A stretch of 64,000 bases of DNA from Minisyncoccota bacterium (GTDB lineage Bacteria > Patescibacteriota > Minisyncoccia > Phycocordibacterales > UBA918), in assembly GCA_021734905.1 (NCBI GenBank), contig JAIPIB010000001.1, positions 136,821 to 200,820 of the forward strand. Direction: 5' to 3'. The notes below the pieces were generated by a model. The model saw nothing but the letters and a program-made list of their open reading frames with translations. It did not search any database and was not told the DNA's origin. Positions 27,910-36,651 of this stretch are shown one piece after another; position 1 is the stretch's first letter; each line of letters begins with the position of its first letter. A program made the position numbers and the translations under genes.

Positions 27910-30027
27910 ATGGCAAAGAAAGAAGACAAAAAATCAACGAAAAAAGGTTCATATAGTGCTGATTCTATCCAGGTGCTTGAAGGTCTTGAACCGGTGCGAA
28001 AGCGCCCTGGGATGTATATCGGAACAACTGGCCCCGACGGACTACACCATCTTGTGTGGGAAGTTTTTGACAACTCGAGGGATGAGGCAATGGGTGGTTT
28101 TGCAAACCGTGTGGAGGTCGCCCTACTTCCAGGAAATTATATTCGCGTGGTTGATAACGGACGAGGTATTCCCGTTGATATGCACAAGCAGACAAAGGTC
28201 TCAGCACTTGAGACAATCATGACGACACTTCACGCAGGAGGAAAATTTGGTGGAGAAGGCTACAAAGTTTCTGGAGGACTTCATGGTGTAGGTGTATCTG
28301 TTGTGAATGCGCTTTCGACACATGTTATCGCTGAAATTCATCGTGATGGTGGATACTTCATGCAGGAGTACACCATTGGTAAACCGCGGACAAAGGTTAA
28401 GAAAGTTGGACCATCAAAACTTCAGGGTACAGTTATAACATTCAGCGCAGATGGTACTATTTTTCCTGAAATAGAATATGACTTTAAACGAATTGTGTCT
28501 CACCTGAGACAGCAGGCATATCTTGTGAGAGGGATGAAGATTTCTGTTATCGATGCGCGCCACATTGGAGGAGAAACTGAAATGTCGGAGAAAGAAGTTC
28601 AGAAATTTATTGAGAGTGTTCAGGGGAAACAGTACCTTTCCGACAATCACTTTGAGGTTCCTCATGAACATTTCTATTTTGAAGGAGGACTTAAATCACT
28701 CGTTGCCTTTAATAACCAGTATCAAAAACCAACGCACAGCAATATTTTCTATGTTGAAAAACAAGATTATGATTCAGCAGTACTTTCAGTTGAAGTAGCA
28801 CTTCAATACGTTGATGACATAACCCCCCGTATTAGTGCTTTCGCAAATAACATCTACAACCCAGAACATGGTACGCATGTTACTGGTTTTAAGACGGCGC
28901 TGACTCGGACTCTTAATAACTACGCAAAGAAAAATAACTTTTTCTCAGTAAAAGATAAAGATACAGGATTTACTGGAGATGATGTTCTTGAGGGGATTAC
29001 CGCTGTCGTGTCAGTAAAGATGCCGGAGATTCAATTTGAAGGTCAAACAAAATCCAAGCTTGGATCAGTAGAAGCGCGAAGCGCTGTGGAGAGTGTCTTT
29101 GGTGATGCTTTTAACGAATACCTCGAAGAAAACCCTGATGATGCAAAATCAATCATTAACAAAGTGATCATTGCTGTAAAGGCTCGAAAAGCAGCCAAAG
29201 CAGCTAAAGATTCAGTCTTAAGAAAGGGAGCGCTTGAAGGGATGACACTTCCCGGCAAGCTTGCAGACTGTCAATCAAAGAGTGCTGAAGAATCTGAAAT
29301 ATTTATTGTGGAGGGAGATTCTGCTGGTGGATCAGCAAAAATGGGGCGTGATCGTCGAACACAGGCGATTTTGCCACTTCGAGGTAAGATTCTCAATGTT
29401 GAGCGAGCTCGTCTCGATCGCATGCTTGCTTCAGAACAGGTAAAGAATCTCGTTGTTGCACTTGGTACAGCAATTGGAGATGTTTTTGATCTTTCAAAAC
29501 TTCGTTACCACAAAATAATTATCGCAACTGACGCTGATGTTGATGGTGCGCACATTCGTACACTTCTTCTAACACTCTTCTACAGATACTTTAGACCAAT
29601 TATTGATGGTGGATATTTGTACATTGCTCAACCACCACTCTATAAAATCAGTAAAGGAAAGGCTGTAATGTATGCGTACACCGATGAAGAAAAAGTTAAG
29701 TTTCTCGGTGCGGACGCAGTAGTAATCGAGAGTGATGAGCCAGAATCAGAAGGTGATTCTTCAGAGAGCGGTGATGAAGAAGTTAAGGAAGAAGTTGCAG
29801 GGAAGTCACAGAAGGTTCGAATCCAAAGATATAAGGGTCTTGGAGAAATGAATGCAGAAGAGCTATGGGAAACTACGATGAATCCAGAACATCGCGTTCT
29901 GAAGCAGGTGTCTGTTGTAGATGGATTCGAAGCAGATAGGGTATTTGATATTCTTATGGGAACAGATGTTTCAAGTAGGAAATCATTTATTCAGTCCAAT
30001 GCACACATGGCAAATCTTGATGTGTAG
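27910..30027 (+). CDS. gyrB: DNA gyrase subunit B.
   Basis: 'IQVLEGLEPVRKRPGMYIGTTGPDGLHHLVWEVFDNSRDEAMGG' (GHKL ATPase). 'ADCQSKSAEESEIFIVEGDSAGGSAKMGRDRRTQAILPLRGKILNVE' (TOPRIM). Confidence 0.95.
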   Translation: MAKKEDKKSTKKGSYSADSIQVLEGLEPVRKRPGMYIGTTGPDGLHHLVWEVFDNSRDEAMGGFANRVEVALLPGNYIRVVDNGRGIPVDMHKQTKVSALETIMTTLHAGGKFGGEGYKVSGGLHGVGVSVVNALSTHVIAEIHRDGGYFMQEYTIGKPRTKVKKVGPSKLQGTVITFSADGTIFPEIEYDFKRIVSHLRQQAYLVRGMKISVIDARHIGGETEMSEKEVQKFIESVQGKQYLSDNHFEVPHEHFYFEGGLKSLVAFNNQYQKPTHSNIFYVEKQDYDSAVLSVEVALQYVDDITPRISAFANNIYNPEHGTHVTGFKTALTRTLNNYAKKNNFFSVKDKDTGFTGDDVLEGITAVVSVKMPEIQFEGQTKSKLGSVEARSAVESVFGDAFNEYLEENPDDAKSIINKVIIAVKARKAAKAAKDSVLRKGALEGMTLPGKLADCQSKSAEESEIFIVEGDSAGGSAKMGRDRRTQAILPLRGKILNVERARLDRMLASEQVKNLVVALGTAIGDVFDLSKLRYHKIIIATDADVDGAHIRTLLLTLFYRYFRPIIDGGYLYIAQPPLYKISKGKAVMYAYTDEEKVKFLGADAVVIESDEPESEGDSSESGDEEVKEEVAGKSQKVRIQRYKGLGEMNAEELWETTMNPEHRVLKQVSVVDGFEADRVFDILMGTDVSSRKSFIQSNAHMANLDV

Positions 30028-30037
30028 AGTATTCAAA

Positions 30038-30084
30038 TAAAACAAAAAACCACGTGCCGAGCGGCACGTGGTTTTTTGTTTTAG
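30038..30084. terminator. Bidirectional intrinsic terminator between gyrB (+) and a convergent minus-strand gene.
   Basis: 'aaaacaaaaaaccacgtgccgagcggcacgtggttttttgtttt' is a perfect hairpin with symmetric A and T runs. Confidence 0.75.
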
Positions 30085-30091
30085 AGTAACG

Positions 30092-31162
30092 TTAGTCTTG
30101 CAGTGCAACATGCCACACAGACATATTGTTATTTTTGTTTACGTCTTGTGAAGAATAAACCGTTGTTGGAATTCTAACGAAATCTTTTTTCACACTGTCA
30201 TCAATGGTAAAGCCAAGCGTAAATTCAACATGTTCCTGTGGCTTGAGTGCTACTTGTGGATCTGATTTATAGATGCCACCACCAGGGAGTACTATGCTAA
30301 AAGTCCACGTTGAAGATGTCTTTGTTCCAATATTACGAATATCAAATTTAATTGCATTTTTAAGATCGTAATTATAGGTAGGTGTGTAAACAAATACGTT
30401 ATTTTTGAGAATACCACTCCCAATCATTTTAACCTGTAAATCGGAGTATCCGTTTGGATTTGATTGCGGGTAAATTATTTTTTGTGTAAATACAGGAGTG
30501 GTTGCTGCCGGCTTTTGTACCGCAACTACTGCAGCTTCTGGTTCCATAATTTCTCCTTCAGGAATAGTGACGGTAGTCTCGTCAGTAGTTAGTTTTGTAT
30601 CTAATTCCTCCATAGCAAGAGATTCACCTGTAGGTATTGCAGCGTTTACAACGGTTACTTTTGTCTCACCAGTAACTGTTGTGCTGCCAACTTCGTTCGT
30701 AAATCTGACTTTGAGTGGAATGTCACTGAATCTGAGTTCATCAGAATTAACACTGAGAAAAAGTCCATTCACCGTTGAGGGAAGGGAAAGGACATCAGTA
30801 CAACTTACCGGCACAAGATCACCCTCAGCACTTCGAACAAGGAGATCTACTCCGTTGGTGCAGGTGTAGCTGAAATGATATTCACCTGGTTCTTTAAGAT
30901 CAGTCCATGTCACTTGGAATGATTCATCAGAGTTAACAACTGATTTCTCTGTAGAGAGTGAAAAATCCTCTGATGGCCGATACTGTGAAATGTTCTGCGC
31001 TATAGACGCGAGTGAAGAAAAAGCATGAGGCGCACGCTTAATACCCTCTGCAGCAAGCCACACAAGAAAGAAAATTGTGGTAAGAAAACCAATAATCGCA
31101 ATGATCTTGATTGCTGGCTCACGTAATTGTGATGTTTTCATACGCGGCATACTACAATGCAT
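30092..31162 (-). CDS. Hypothetical N-terminally membrane-anchored extracellular protein (beta-rich, Thr/Val-rich), divergent from the sortase gene.
   Basis: 'IKIIAIIGFLTTIFFLVWLAA' TM near the N-terminus. The true start may be the internal Met 21 nt downstream. Confidence 0.5.
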   Translation of the reverse strand: MHCSMPRMKTSQLREPAIKIIAIIGFLTTIFFLVWLAAEGIKRAPHAFSSLASIAQNISQYRPSEDFSLSTEKSVVNSDESFQVTWTDLKEPGEYHFSYTCTNGVDLLVRSAEGDLVPVSCTDVLSLPSTVNGLFLSVNSDELRFSDIPLKVRFTNEVGSTTVTGETKVTVVNAAIPTGESLAMEELDTKLTTDETTVTIPEGEIMEPEAAVVAVQKPAATTPVFTQKIIYPQSNPNGYSDLQVKMIGSGILKNNVFVYTPTYNYDLKNAIKFDIRNIGTKTSSTWTFSIVLPGGGIYKSDPQVALKPQEHVEFTLGFTIDDSVKKDFVRIPTTVYSSQDVNKNNNMSVWHVALQD

Positions 31163-31230
31163 TTTTTATACTGTCAATAGTTTCATATTCCTAAAAGAGG
31201 GGTAGTATTCATAGAGGCTAAAACAACTAC

Positions 31231-31962
31231 TTGACAAAATTGAGAAATGGGGTACTATTTAAAGCTAAATTACTGAGCAATATGGAAGACATGATACATA
31301 AAGATAACGAATTACGAAATATGTCAAAACTTGAAGAGAGGATAGTTTTTTTCTTTGTGTGTATTGGTATTATTTCGATAACATATGGTGTACTTTTTGT
31401 ACTTGATTTTCTCCCAGAGAAGAAAGTGCTTGACACTGATACTGTCGCGCTTATGGATGAACAGCTAGAGAATCTTGAATCGAATGAAGTAACAGCTCTA
31501 GATGAGGAGTCCGTTCCTGTTGAAGCTCTGCCAATAAGCATTATTATTGACTCACTGGATAAGAAAGTAACAATTCTTAATCCAGATACTGATTCTATTT
31601 CAGCACTTGATGAAGCCCTTCTTTCTGGCGTTGTCCGCCATCCAGATTCAGCGGATTTTAATGAGAAGGGAACTATTTTTCTTCTTGGACATTCGAGCTA
31701 TCTTCCGGTAGTAAATAATAAAAACTTTCAAGCATTTAATGGAATTCAGAAACTTAAATGGGGAGACACGATTCGTCTTCGTTCATCTGATACTGAGTAT
31801 GTCTATAGTGTTGCAAGGGTTTACGAAGCAAAGGCGACAGATGCTGAAGTGAAGATTGAAAGAGGTGTTTCAAGCCTCATACTTTCAACATGCAACTCTT
31901 TTGGTACAAAAGATGACCGATTTATTGTTGAGGCTATGTTTGTCGAGTCACATAGTTTTTAA
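31231..31962 (+). CDS. Sortase-family transpeptidase with an N-terminal TM anchor.
   Basis: 'IFLLGHSSY' corresponds to the catalytic His of the sortase 'LAGH' motif. 'LILSTCNSFG' corresponds to the TLxTC Cys. 'DDRFIVEAMFVE' supplies the conserved Arg. TM 'IVFFFVCIGIISITYGVLFVL'. Start codon choice (31231/31282/31321) is uncertain. Confidence 0.7.
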   Translation: MTKLRNGVLFKAKLLSNMEDMIHKDNELRNMSKLEERIVFFFVCIGIISITYGVLFVLDFLPEKKVLDTDTVALMDEQLENLESNEVTALDEESVPVEALPISIIIDSLDKKVTILNPDTDSISALDEALLSGVVRHPDSADFNEKGTIFLLGHSSYLPVVNNKNFQAFNGIQKLKWGDTIRLRSSDTEYVYSVARVYEAKATDAEVKIERGVSSLILSTCNSFGTKDDRFIVEAMFVESHSF

Positions 31963-32016
31963 CCCCTATTTTTAAGTGGAAGCTATAAAAGCTTTAAAAT
32001 AAGCCACCTCAGACCC

Positions 32017-32045
32017 TTGACAAGAAAATTAGTACGACGTATAAT
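32017..32045 (+). promoter_or_regulatory. Consensus sigma70-type promoter (TTGACA-17-TATAAT) driving module 1 of the island.
   Basis: 'ttgacaagaaaattagtacgacgtataat' has perfect -35 and -10 hexamers with a 17-nt spacer. Confidence 0.6.
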
Positions 32046-32051
32046 ATATAG

Positions 32052-32246
32052 ATAAGGTTCTTCTCTTGATGATCTAAAGGTATATTGTTCTCTCACAGGT
32101 TAGGCATATGGTAGTTGGCTTTTTGAATGGAAAAGTTTTAAATCTTCTTTTTAGGAAGCCACCTGCGAGCACATTGTGCGCAAAGGGAGGGTATAAGTCT
32201 GCATGAAGATGTAGACATTGATCGTTGATTTTAAAAGGAGACCATC
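32052..32246 (+). promoter_or_regulatory. Conserved long 5' leader, copy A, upstream of a GC-rich cargo gene. Candidate cis-regulatory RNA.
   Basis: It shares ordered blocks with 35157-35343: 'tggtagttggct', 'tttaggaagccRcct', 'gggaggNNtNNgtctgcat', 'gacaNgtNcattgatNNN...aaaaggag' immediately before ATG. Confidence 0.5.
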
Positions 32247-33374
32247 ATGGTCGTCAAGACAATCCGCGCCATAGTGGCGCTTCTTACCGTAGCAATGTTT
32301 GCTGGATGTGCCCAAATGGGCGGCGGAGGCGGTGCTGGGTCCTCAGAAGGACCAAGCGCCGCAGCTGTCGTGGCAGCACAACAAGTCGCTCTACAAGAGC
32401 AAGCCCGGGCGCAAGCAACTATCGCACCTTCACCGCTGGTTCAAAAAACCAGCATAACCGAACCAGCGGCAGCAAGATTGCCGTTGGCGAGAAAGGGAGA
32501 AATCTCTTCTACAAAGGTGCTCGCGAAGAACATTCGCGAAGCACTTGCGAAGGATCCTTCCGGTAACAAGAGGTTGGTCAAGGGGACCAATACCACAGCA
32601 GCTGGCTTTCTTGCTTCAGTGCAAGCCGCCGGTGGCACGGTGAATGGCCTCGAGGCACTTCCTGTATATCTTGAGTCGCTCATGGCTCGTGATATGCCTT
32701 CGGGCAAACTTACGATGTCGCGGGTGTTGTACTCGGCAGGGAAAGGTGTCGAGAAGTATCAGCTCGACATCAAGAATGGCTTCACACGCTTGGCGCACAA
32801 GGGAGAAAAGGGGTGGTACGACGCCAATACGGGTCGCCTTATTCTCGCTGGTGACTGTAGCAACAGTCCTCTCAGGTTTACCGAGGGGCCAGTTGCAACA
32901 GTGCCTGTGCAACAAGCACAAGCGACACAGCCAGCTCTTCAGTGCGGCGACGGCAAGAAGTATTTTGTCGTTCGTATCTTGCAAAAGGAAGCGATGGAAG
33001 TCGCAGGCGTCAGGGGAGCGGTCGCCGTTGAGCGGGCGAAGCGTCAGTATCATGACGGCGCATCACTTTCGGGTACATTCGCTGCTGAATTCAAGGCGAT
33101 GCTCGACGCGGGGGAGTTGTCTCGGAGCACAAAACCCCACAAGGTTTCAGTGAATCTACTGAAGCCAGACGGTGGTGTGGTCGAAGTCCTTCCCTTCGGT
33201 GCCGTCGTGGGAGAATATCGCAATGAATTGCCCAAGGAATTTCGTGGGCAGGATCAAATGCAGGTAGTTTTTCCCGAGTCGATCAAGCTTCTTCATTATC
33301 CCTTCAAGGATATGAGGGAGATGCGATCAAGCTTCGTCAATTGCGTGAATGTTTTTTACGCAATCGAGAAGTAA
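32247..33374 (+). CDS. Putative lipoprotein (375 aa) encoded by a GC-rich, compositionally foreign gene.
   Basis: Lipobox 'LTVAMFAGC'. Poly-Gly/Ala/Gln N-terminal linker. Coding GC is roughly 55-60% against about 40% for flanking genes (by eye). No family recognised. Confidence 0.55.
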   Translation: MVVKTIRAIVALLTVAMFAGCAQMGGGGGAGSSEGPSAAAVVAAQQVALQEQARAQATIAPSPLVQKTSITEPAAARLPLARKGEISSTKVLAKNIREALAKDPSGNKRLVKGTNTTAAGFLASVQAAGGTVNGLEALPVYLESLMARDMPSGKLTMSRVLYSAGKGVEKYQLDIKNGFTRLAHKGEKGWYDANTGRLILAGDCSNSPLRFTEGPVATVPVQQAQATQPALQCGDGKKYFVVRILQKEAMEVAGVRGAVAVERAKRQYHDGASLSGTFAAEFKAMLDAGELSRSTKPHKVSVNLLKPDGGVVEVLPFGAVVGEYRNELPKEFRGQDQMQVVFPESIKLLHYPFKDMREMRSSFVNCVNVFYAIEK

Positions 33375-33388
33375 TCTTCTGAGGTTGA

Positions 33389-33432
33389 GTAGCAGGTGCG
33401 CTCGCGCACCTGCTACTAATCTCTTTTTTCAT
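33389..33432 (+). terminator. GC-rich hairpin with T-run after the lipoprotein gene.
   Basis: 12-bp stem 'gtagcaggtgcg...cgcacctgctac' followed by 'taatctctttttt'. Confidence 0.65.
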
Positions 33433-33489
33433 TCTTTCAATATTCTTACGTGCTGAACGTAGGTGAGAATATTCAGAAGTATGAACAAT
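33422..33489 (+). promoter_or_regulatory. Conserved ~65-nt element, copy A, with an internal inverted repeat, between the hairpin and the VPYTG-protein gene.
   Basis: 'ttcattctttcaatattcttacgtgctgaacgtaggtgagaatattcagaagtatgaa' is about 80% identical to 36573-36644. The inverted repeat aatattc/gaatatt is replaced by aatactc/gagtatt in copy B (compensatory change). Confidence 0.5.
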
Positions 33490-33512
33490 ATTTTAGAAAA
33501 TTATTTATTGCT

Positions 33513-35060
33513 ATGAAAAAAATATATTCAAAAATAAATATACTAGTACTTCGAGGTAGTCTCGTTGCGTTTTTTCTCGTTGTATTTTTTACTCAAAGTA
33601 TAGGATCTACACTTAGTGCTCAATATGCTTACGCCGATGAAGGGGGAGTTGGGAGCTCAGTATTTGTTTACATTGATGAGGGAGGTGTAGGAAGTAGCAA
33701 TTATGAACCATGGCCTGATATCGACTATGGTGCTTATACAGAAGGAGGGATTGGGAGTAGCTATGGTTCAGTTCAGTCTGTCACAAGTAATACTTCAGGT
33801 GCAGCCGTGTCATATGAATACATAGTCCAGTATGAGAATAGTCCATATGCATATTCGTATGCCCCGACAACATACTCATATAATCCGACGACGTATGGTT
33901 CATATCAGTATTCATACGCCCCAACAAACTACTCATATAATCCAACAACATACTCAGATAGATCATCAACATATTCAACCTATGATTATTCATATGATCC
34001 AAAAATATATAATGATTATGGTGACGTGCGATGTGATATTGATGCGAGTGATACACGTGTAGAAAAAGGTGATCGAATTACACTTGATTGGAATACGACG
34101 AATGCAGATGATGTTCGTATCAATCAGGGTATTGGAGATGTTTCTGATGATGGAAGTAGACGAGTCACGATAACGAAAGATACAACCTTCACACTTACGG
34201 CGCGCAATGGTTCTGATACGAGAACATGTCGTGTACAGGTTAGGGTTGACGATGATTCAGATGATATTCCTCGTTGTCGACTTACTATTTCAGATACCCG
34301 TATTCAGGTGGGAGAGCAAGTAACGCTCTCATGGGATAATCTTCGCACCGATCGACTTGTCCTTCGAGATAGTCATGGAATTACCATCGCTGATTCAAAG
34401 TATGATCGTACGCTCGATGAAGATGCAGGAGCACTCTTTCTTCGTCCAACAAGGCAGACAGATTATGTGGCAACGGTATATAACGGAAATGAACGACGAA
34501 CGTGTACTGTTGGTGTGCAAACTGACAACGTGGTAATTACGAGTGTGCGTTCACAGGGTGGTATTCCACTTGCTGGGGTTCCATATACAGGTTTTGAGGC
34601 TGGTCCAGCTCTAACAACTTTCTTTTATCTCGTCCTTATAATTTGGGGGGTTATTATTGCCTACGTCCTTGTGATAAGAAAAAAAGTACTTGTAAATGAA
34701 CCTGACGTCCTTGATGTATATACAAAAATGACAGAGACAAATATGCCAGAGATTTCTGTCGATATGTATGAACAATCACTAGCAACACCAAGTAATTTAC
34801 CCATTGATACTGATGAGAGTCAGGATGATGAAGACTCTCCATTACTTGATGAAACATTTCAAGCACTCGAAGGCTACGCACATGAGCATAAAACACTTGT
34901 TTCAAGTGAAGCACTTCGCTTTATTGAATCACAAGGAGGGACTATGGAAGCGCAGGTTGCAACTCTTGATCATGTTATAAAGTTGGCGAAAGCGCGATAC
35001 CCAATAGAAAATGGATGGACAGTTCTTAATAAAGATCGAGTAATCACCCTACTTGAATAG
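33513..35060 (+). CDS. Surface protein with signal peptide, 'EGG[VI]GSS' and Tyr-rich 'YSY(A/N)PTTY' repeats, and two Ig-like Cys-pair domains. It ends in a 'VPYTG' + TM + 'RKK' sortase-like sorting signal, followed by an extra ~125-aa C-terminal domain.
   Basis: 'MKKIYSKINILVLRGSLVAFFLVVFF' signal. 'SQGGIPLAGVPYTGFEAGPALTTFFYLVLIIWGVIIAYVLVIRKK' then 'VLVNEPDV...ITLLE'. Start taken at 33513 (signal-peptide Met); an in-frame ATG also exists at 33450. Confidence 0.6.
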   Translation: MKKIYSKINILVLRGSLVAFFLVVFFTQSIGSTLSAQYAYADEGGVGSSVFVYIDEGGVGSSNYEPWPDIDYGAYTEGGIGSSYGSVQSVTSNTSGAAVSYEYIVQYENSPYAYSYAPTTYSYNPTTYGSYQYSYAPTNYSYNPTTYSDRSSTYSTYDYSYDPKIYNDYGDVRCDIDASDTRVEKGDRITLDWNTTNADDVRINQGIGDVSDDGSRRVTITKDTTFTLTARNGSDTRTCRVQVRVDDDSDDIPRCRLTISDTRIQVGEQVTLSWDNLRTDRLVLRDSHGITIADSKYDRTLDEDAGALFLRPTRQTDYVATVYNGNERRTCTVGVQTDNVVITSVRSQGGIPLAGVPYTGFEAGPALTTFFYLVLIIWGVIIAYVLVIRKKVLVNEPDVLDVYTKMTETNMPEISVDMYEQSLATPSNLPIDTDESQDDEDSPLLDETFQALEGYAHEHKTLVSSEALRFIESQGGTMEAQVATLDHVIKLAKARYPIENGWTVLNKDRVITLLE

Positions 35061-35068
35061 GTGGGTGA

Positions 35069-35110
35069 CTACCGGATCAGCCAGACGTATATGTCTGGCT
35101 GATCCGGTAG
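35069..35110 (+). terminator. Hairpin terminator after the first VPYTG-protein gene.
   Basis: 'ctaccggatcagccagacgtatatgtctggctgatccggtag' is an 18-bp perfect stem. Confidence 0.6.
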
Positions 35111-35122
35111 GAGGTGTTATAT

Positions 35123-35150
35123 TGACATCGATACCATTATGCAGTATAGT
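35123..35150 (+). promoter_or_regulatory. Near-consensus sigma70-type promoter (TTGACA-17-TATAGT) driving module 2.
   Basis: 'ttgacatcgataccattatgcagtatagt'. Confidence 0.55.
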
Positions 35151-35156
35151 TTTGCA

Positions 35157-35343
35157 CAAATAAGTTCTCGGGGCGTTCTTAATTTTTTTCGGTCTCAAAC
35201 CGAAAAAACAAAAATTGGTAGTTGGCTCGCTGTATAGAAAATTTCTTTTAAAATTCTATTTAGGAAGCCGCCTATGATTGATGTAGGGGGAGGCGTCTGC
35301 ATTTTTGTGGACACGTTCATTGATATGAAAAGGAGGTCGCACC
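35157..35343 (+). promoter_or_regulatory. Conserved long 5' leader, copy B (paralog of 32052-32246).
   Basis: Same ordered blocks as copy A. It ends 'aaaaggaggtcgcaccATG'. Confidence 0.5.
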
Positions 35344-35835
35344 ATGACAAAACTTACGTGGCGTCGCTACTGGTGGAGTGTCATGATTGTGGCACTCCTT
35401 GCATTTATAGCAGGAATTGATTCTTCACCAAAAGTACGTGCTCTTGCAAAAGGTTATTACCAACTGGTGATTGACCTGAAAGGAGACTTTGCTGGAGCAG
35501 TCAAGGCACGCACTTCACCTAACAGCGAGTTTGAAAAAACTGTTGTTATGAAAACAAAACCTAGAGAGAGTCCTCCAAAACTAGAGGAGTCTTTGGAAGG
35601 TTTGACTCCTGAGCCAGCATCAAAAAAGGCTGAGTCAGAGAAGGTTGTGGTCCTGCCTTCGAAAGCGGAACCATTACCTACGAAGGTGAAGAAGGAAAAG
35701 AAGCAAGCGAACAAACCTGCCAAAGAATCCTCTTCGAGGAAACCTGCAGTTGTGTGTAGGGATGTCGATGTAGGACCATCCAAGGCAGACGCCATTCTTG
35801 GGATTCCTCCCAGAAGTGTATGTTCAAACTCATAG
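35344..35835 (+). CDS. Hypothetical membrane-anchored Lys/Pro/Glu-rich protein (GC-richer cargo gene).
   Basis: TM 'WWSVMIVALLAFIAGI'. Low-complexity 'KPRESPPKLEESLEGLTPEPASKKAESEK...'. The initiation context 'ggaggtcgcaccATG' is identical to that of the next gene. Confidence 0.45.
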   Translation: MTKLTWRRYWWSVMIVALLAFIAGIDSSPKVRALAKGYYQLVIDLKGDFAGAVKARTSPNSEFEKTVVMKTKPRESPPKLEESLEGLTPEPASKKAESEKVVVLPSKAEPLPTKVKKEKKQANKPAKESSSRKPAVVCRDVDVGPSKADAILGIPPRSVCSNS

Positions 35836-35849
35836 AAGGAGGTCGCACC

Positions 35850-36509
35850 ATGAAACGTAACAATTGGTTTTTGCCTGTTGTGGCAGTGCTTGCACTCGTC
35901 ACGAGCGGATATGCCTTTGCAGCATCGTGTACCAAGCACGAACAGAAAGGCTGTCTGGAAATTCAGGTCCTCAATGTCTCGTGGGAGAAGGGAAATTCAA
36001 ACCTTCAAGGACTAGACGGGCCGCCAAAAGATGACGACGACAGACTGAGACGCACCAAGAGTCTTGGGCCGGATTTGCTCAAGGCATACGAGAGAGGTGA
36101 TGTCGAAGCGGCAGCACCTCGGTCGTACCATGTCTTCTTTTGGAAACCGAACATGGACATCACGACTGAAGCGATGGCATCATGGCGGTTGAACGGGAAG
36201 ATAGTTTCACGTGGGGATGTTGAGGAGGTTACGGGGAAGGTCCCAGGGCCAAAATCGACTGGGCTTGGAGAACCAAACCGCGTCTATAGGGTTTGGGTGA
36301 CTGGAGAAAAAGCTTTTGCTCTTTCATTTCAGGCACCGTGGGACCTGTTCACCAAAGATACGGTGATTATGGTCACCCCTGAAGGCGGGAAAAGTGTCCA
36401 TCCAGGGAACGGAAAAGCGCTCTGGATCATGCCAAAATACCTGAACGAAACAATCAGGGTCGGGGCGTGGGATTGGGTATTGATGGCCTTTGTCCTCAAT
36501 CCTGAGTGA
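35850..36509 (+). CDS. Hypothetical secreted protein (signal peptide; Trp-rich; GC-richer cargo gene).
   Basis: 'MKRNNWFLPVVAVLALVTSGYAFAAS' signal. Start chosen at the Met preceded by 'gaaggaggtcgcaccATG'; the ORF-track start at 35820 is probably too long. Confidence 0.5.
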   Translation: MKRNNWFLPVVAVLALVTSGYAFAASCTKHEQKGCLEIQVLNVSWEKGNSNLQGLDGPPKDDDDRLRRTKSLGPDLLKAYERGDVEAAAPRSYHVFFWKPNMDITTEAMASWRLNGKIVSRGDVEEVTGKVPGPKSTGLGEPNRVYRVWVTGEKAFALSFQAPWDLFTKDTVIMVTPEGGKSVHPGNGKALWIMPKYLNETIRVGAWDWVLMAFVLNPE

Positions 36510-36534
36510 GGTTGTTCTTTTGAAGTATGGATCT

Positions 36535-36585
36535 ATCCAGCAGTCACACGAATGTGTGTGACTGCTGGATAATCTTTTTTATTCA
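36535..36585 (+). terminator. Hairpin with T-run after the secreted-protein gene.
   Basis: 15-bp stem 'atccagcagtcacac gaat gtgtgactgctggat' then 'aatcttttttatt'. Confidence 0.65.
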
Positions 36586-36644
36586 TTCTTTCAATACTCA
36601 TGCGTACATGATGTAGGTGGGAGTATTTAGAAGCATGAATCAAT
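36573..36644 (+). promoter_or_regulatory. Conserved ~65-nt element, copy B (paralog of 33422-33489).
   Basis: 'ttcattctttcaatactcatgcgtacatgatgtaggtgggagtatttagaagcatgaa'. Confidence 0.5.
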
Positions 36645-36651
36645 AATAAGT

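Noticed and set aside
32225-33153. Overlapping alternative-frame ORFs (32225-32566 +, 32441-32707 -, 32616-33053 -, 32644-33153 +) in the GC-rich gene.
   Set aside because: These are frame artefacts typical of GC-rich DNA. Their translations are Arg/Ser/Cys-rich nonsense. Only the 32247-33374 frame has a lipoprotein signal and a native-like RBS.
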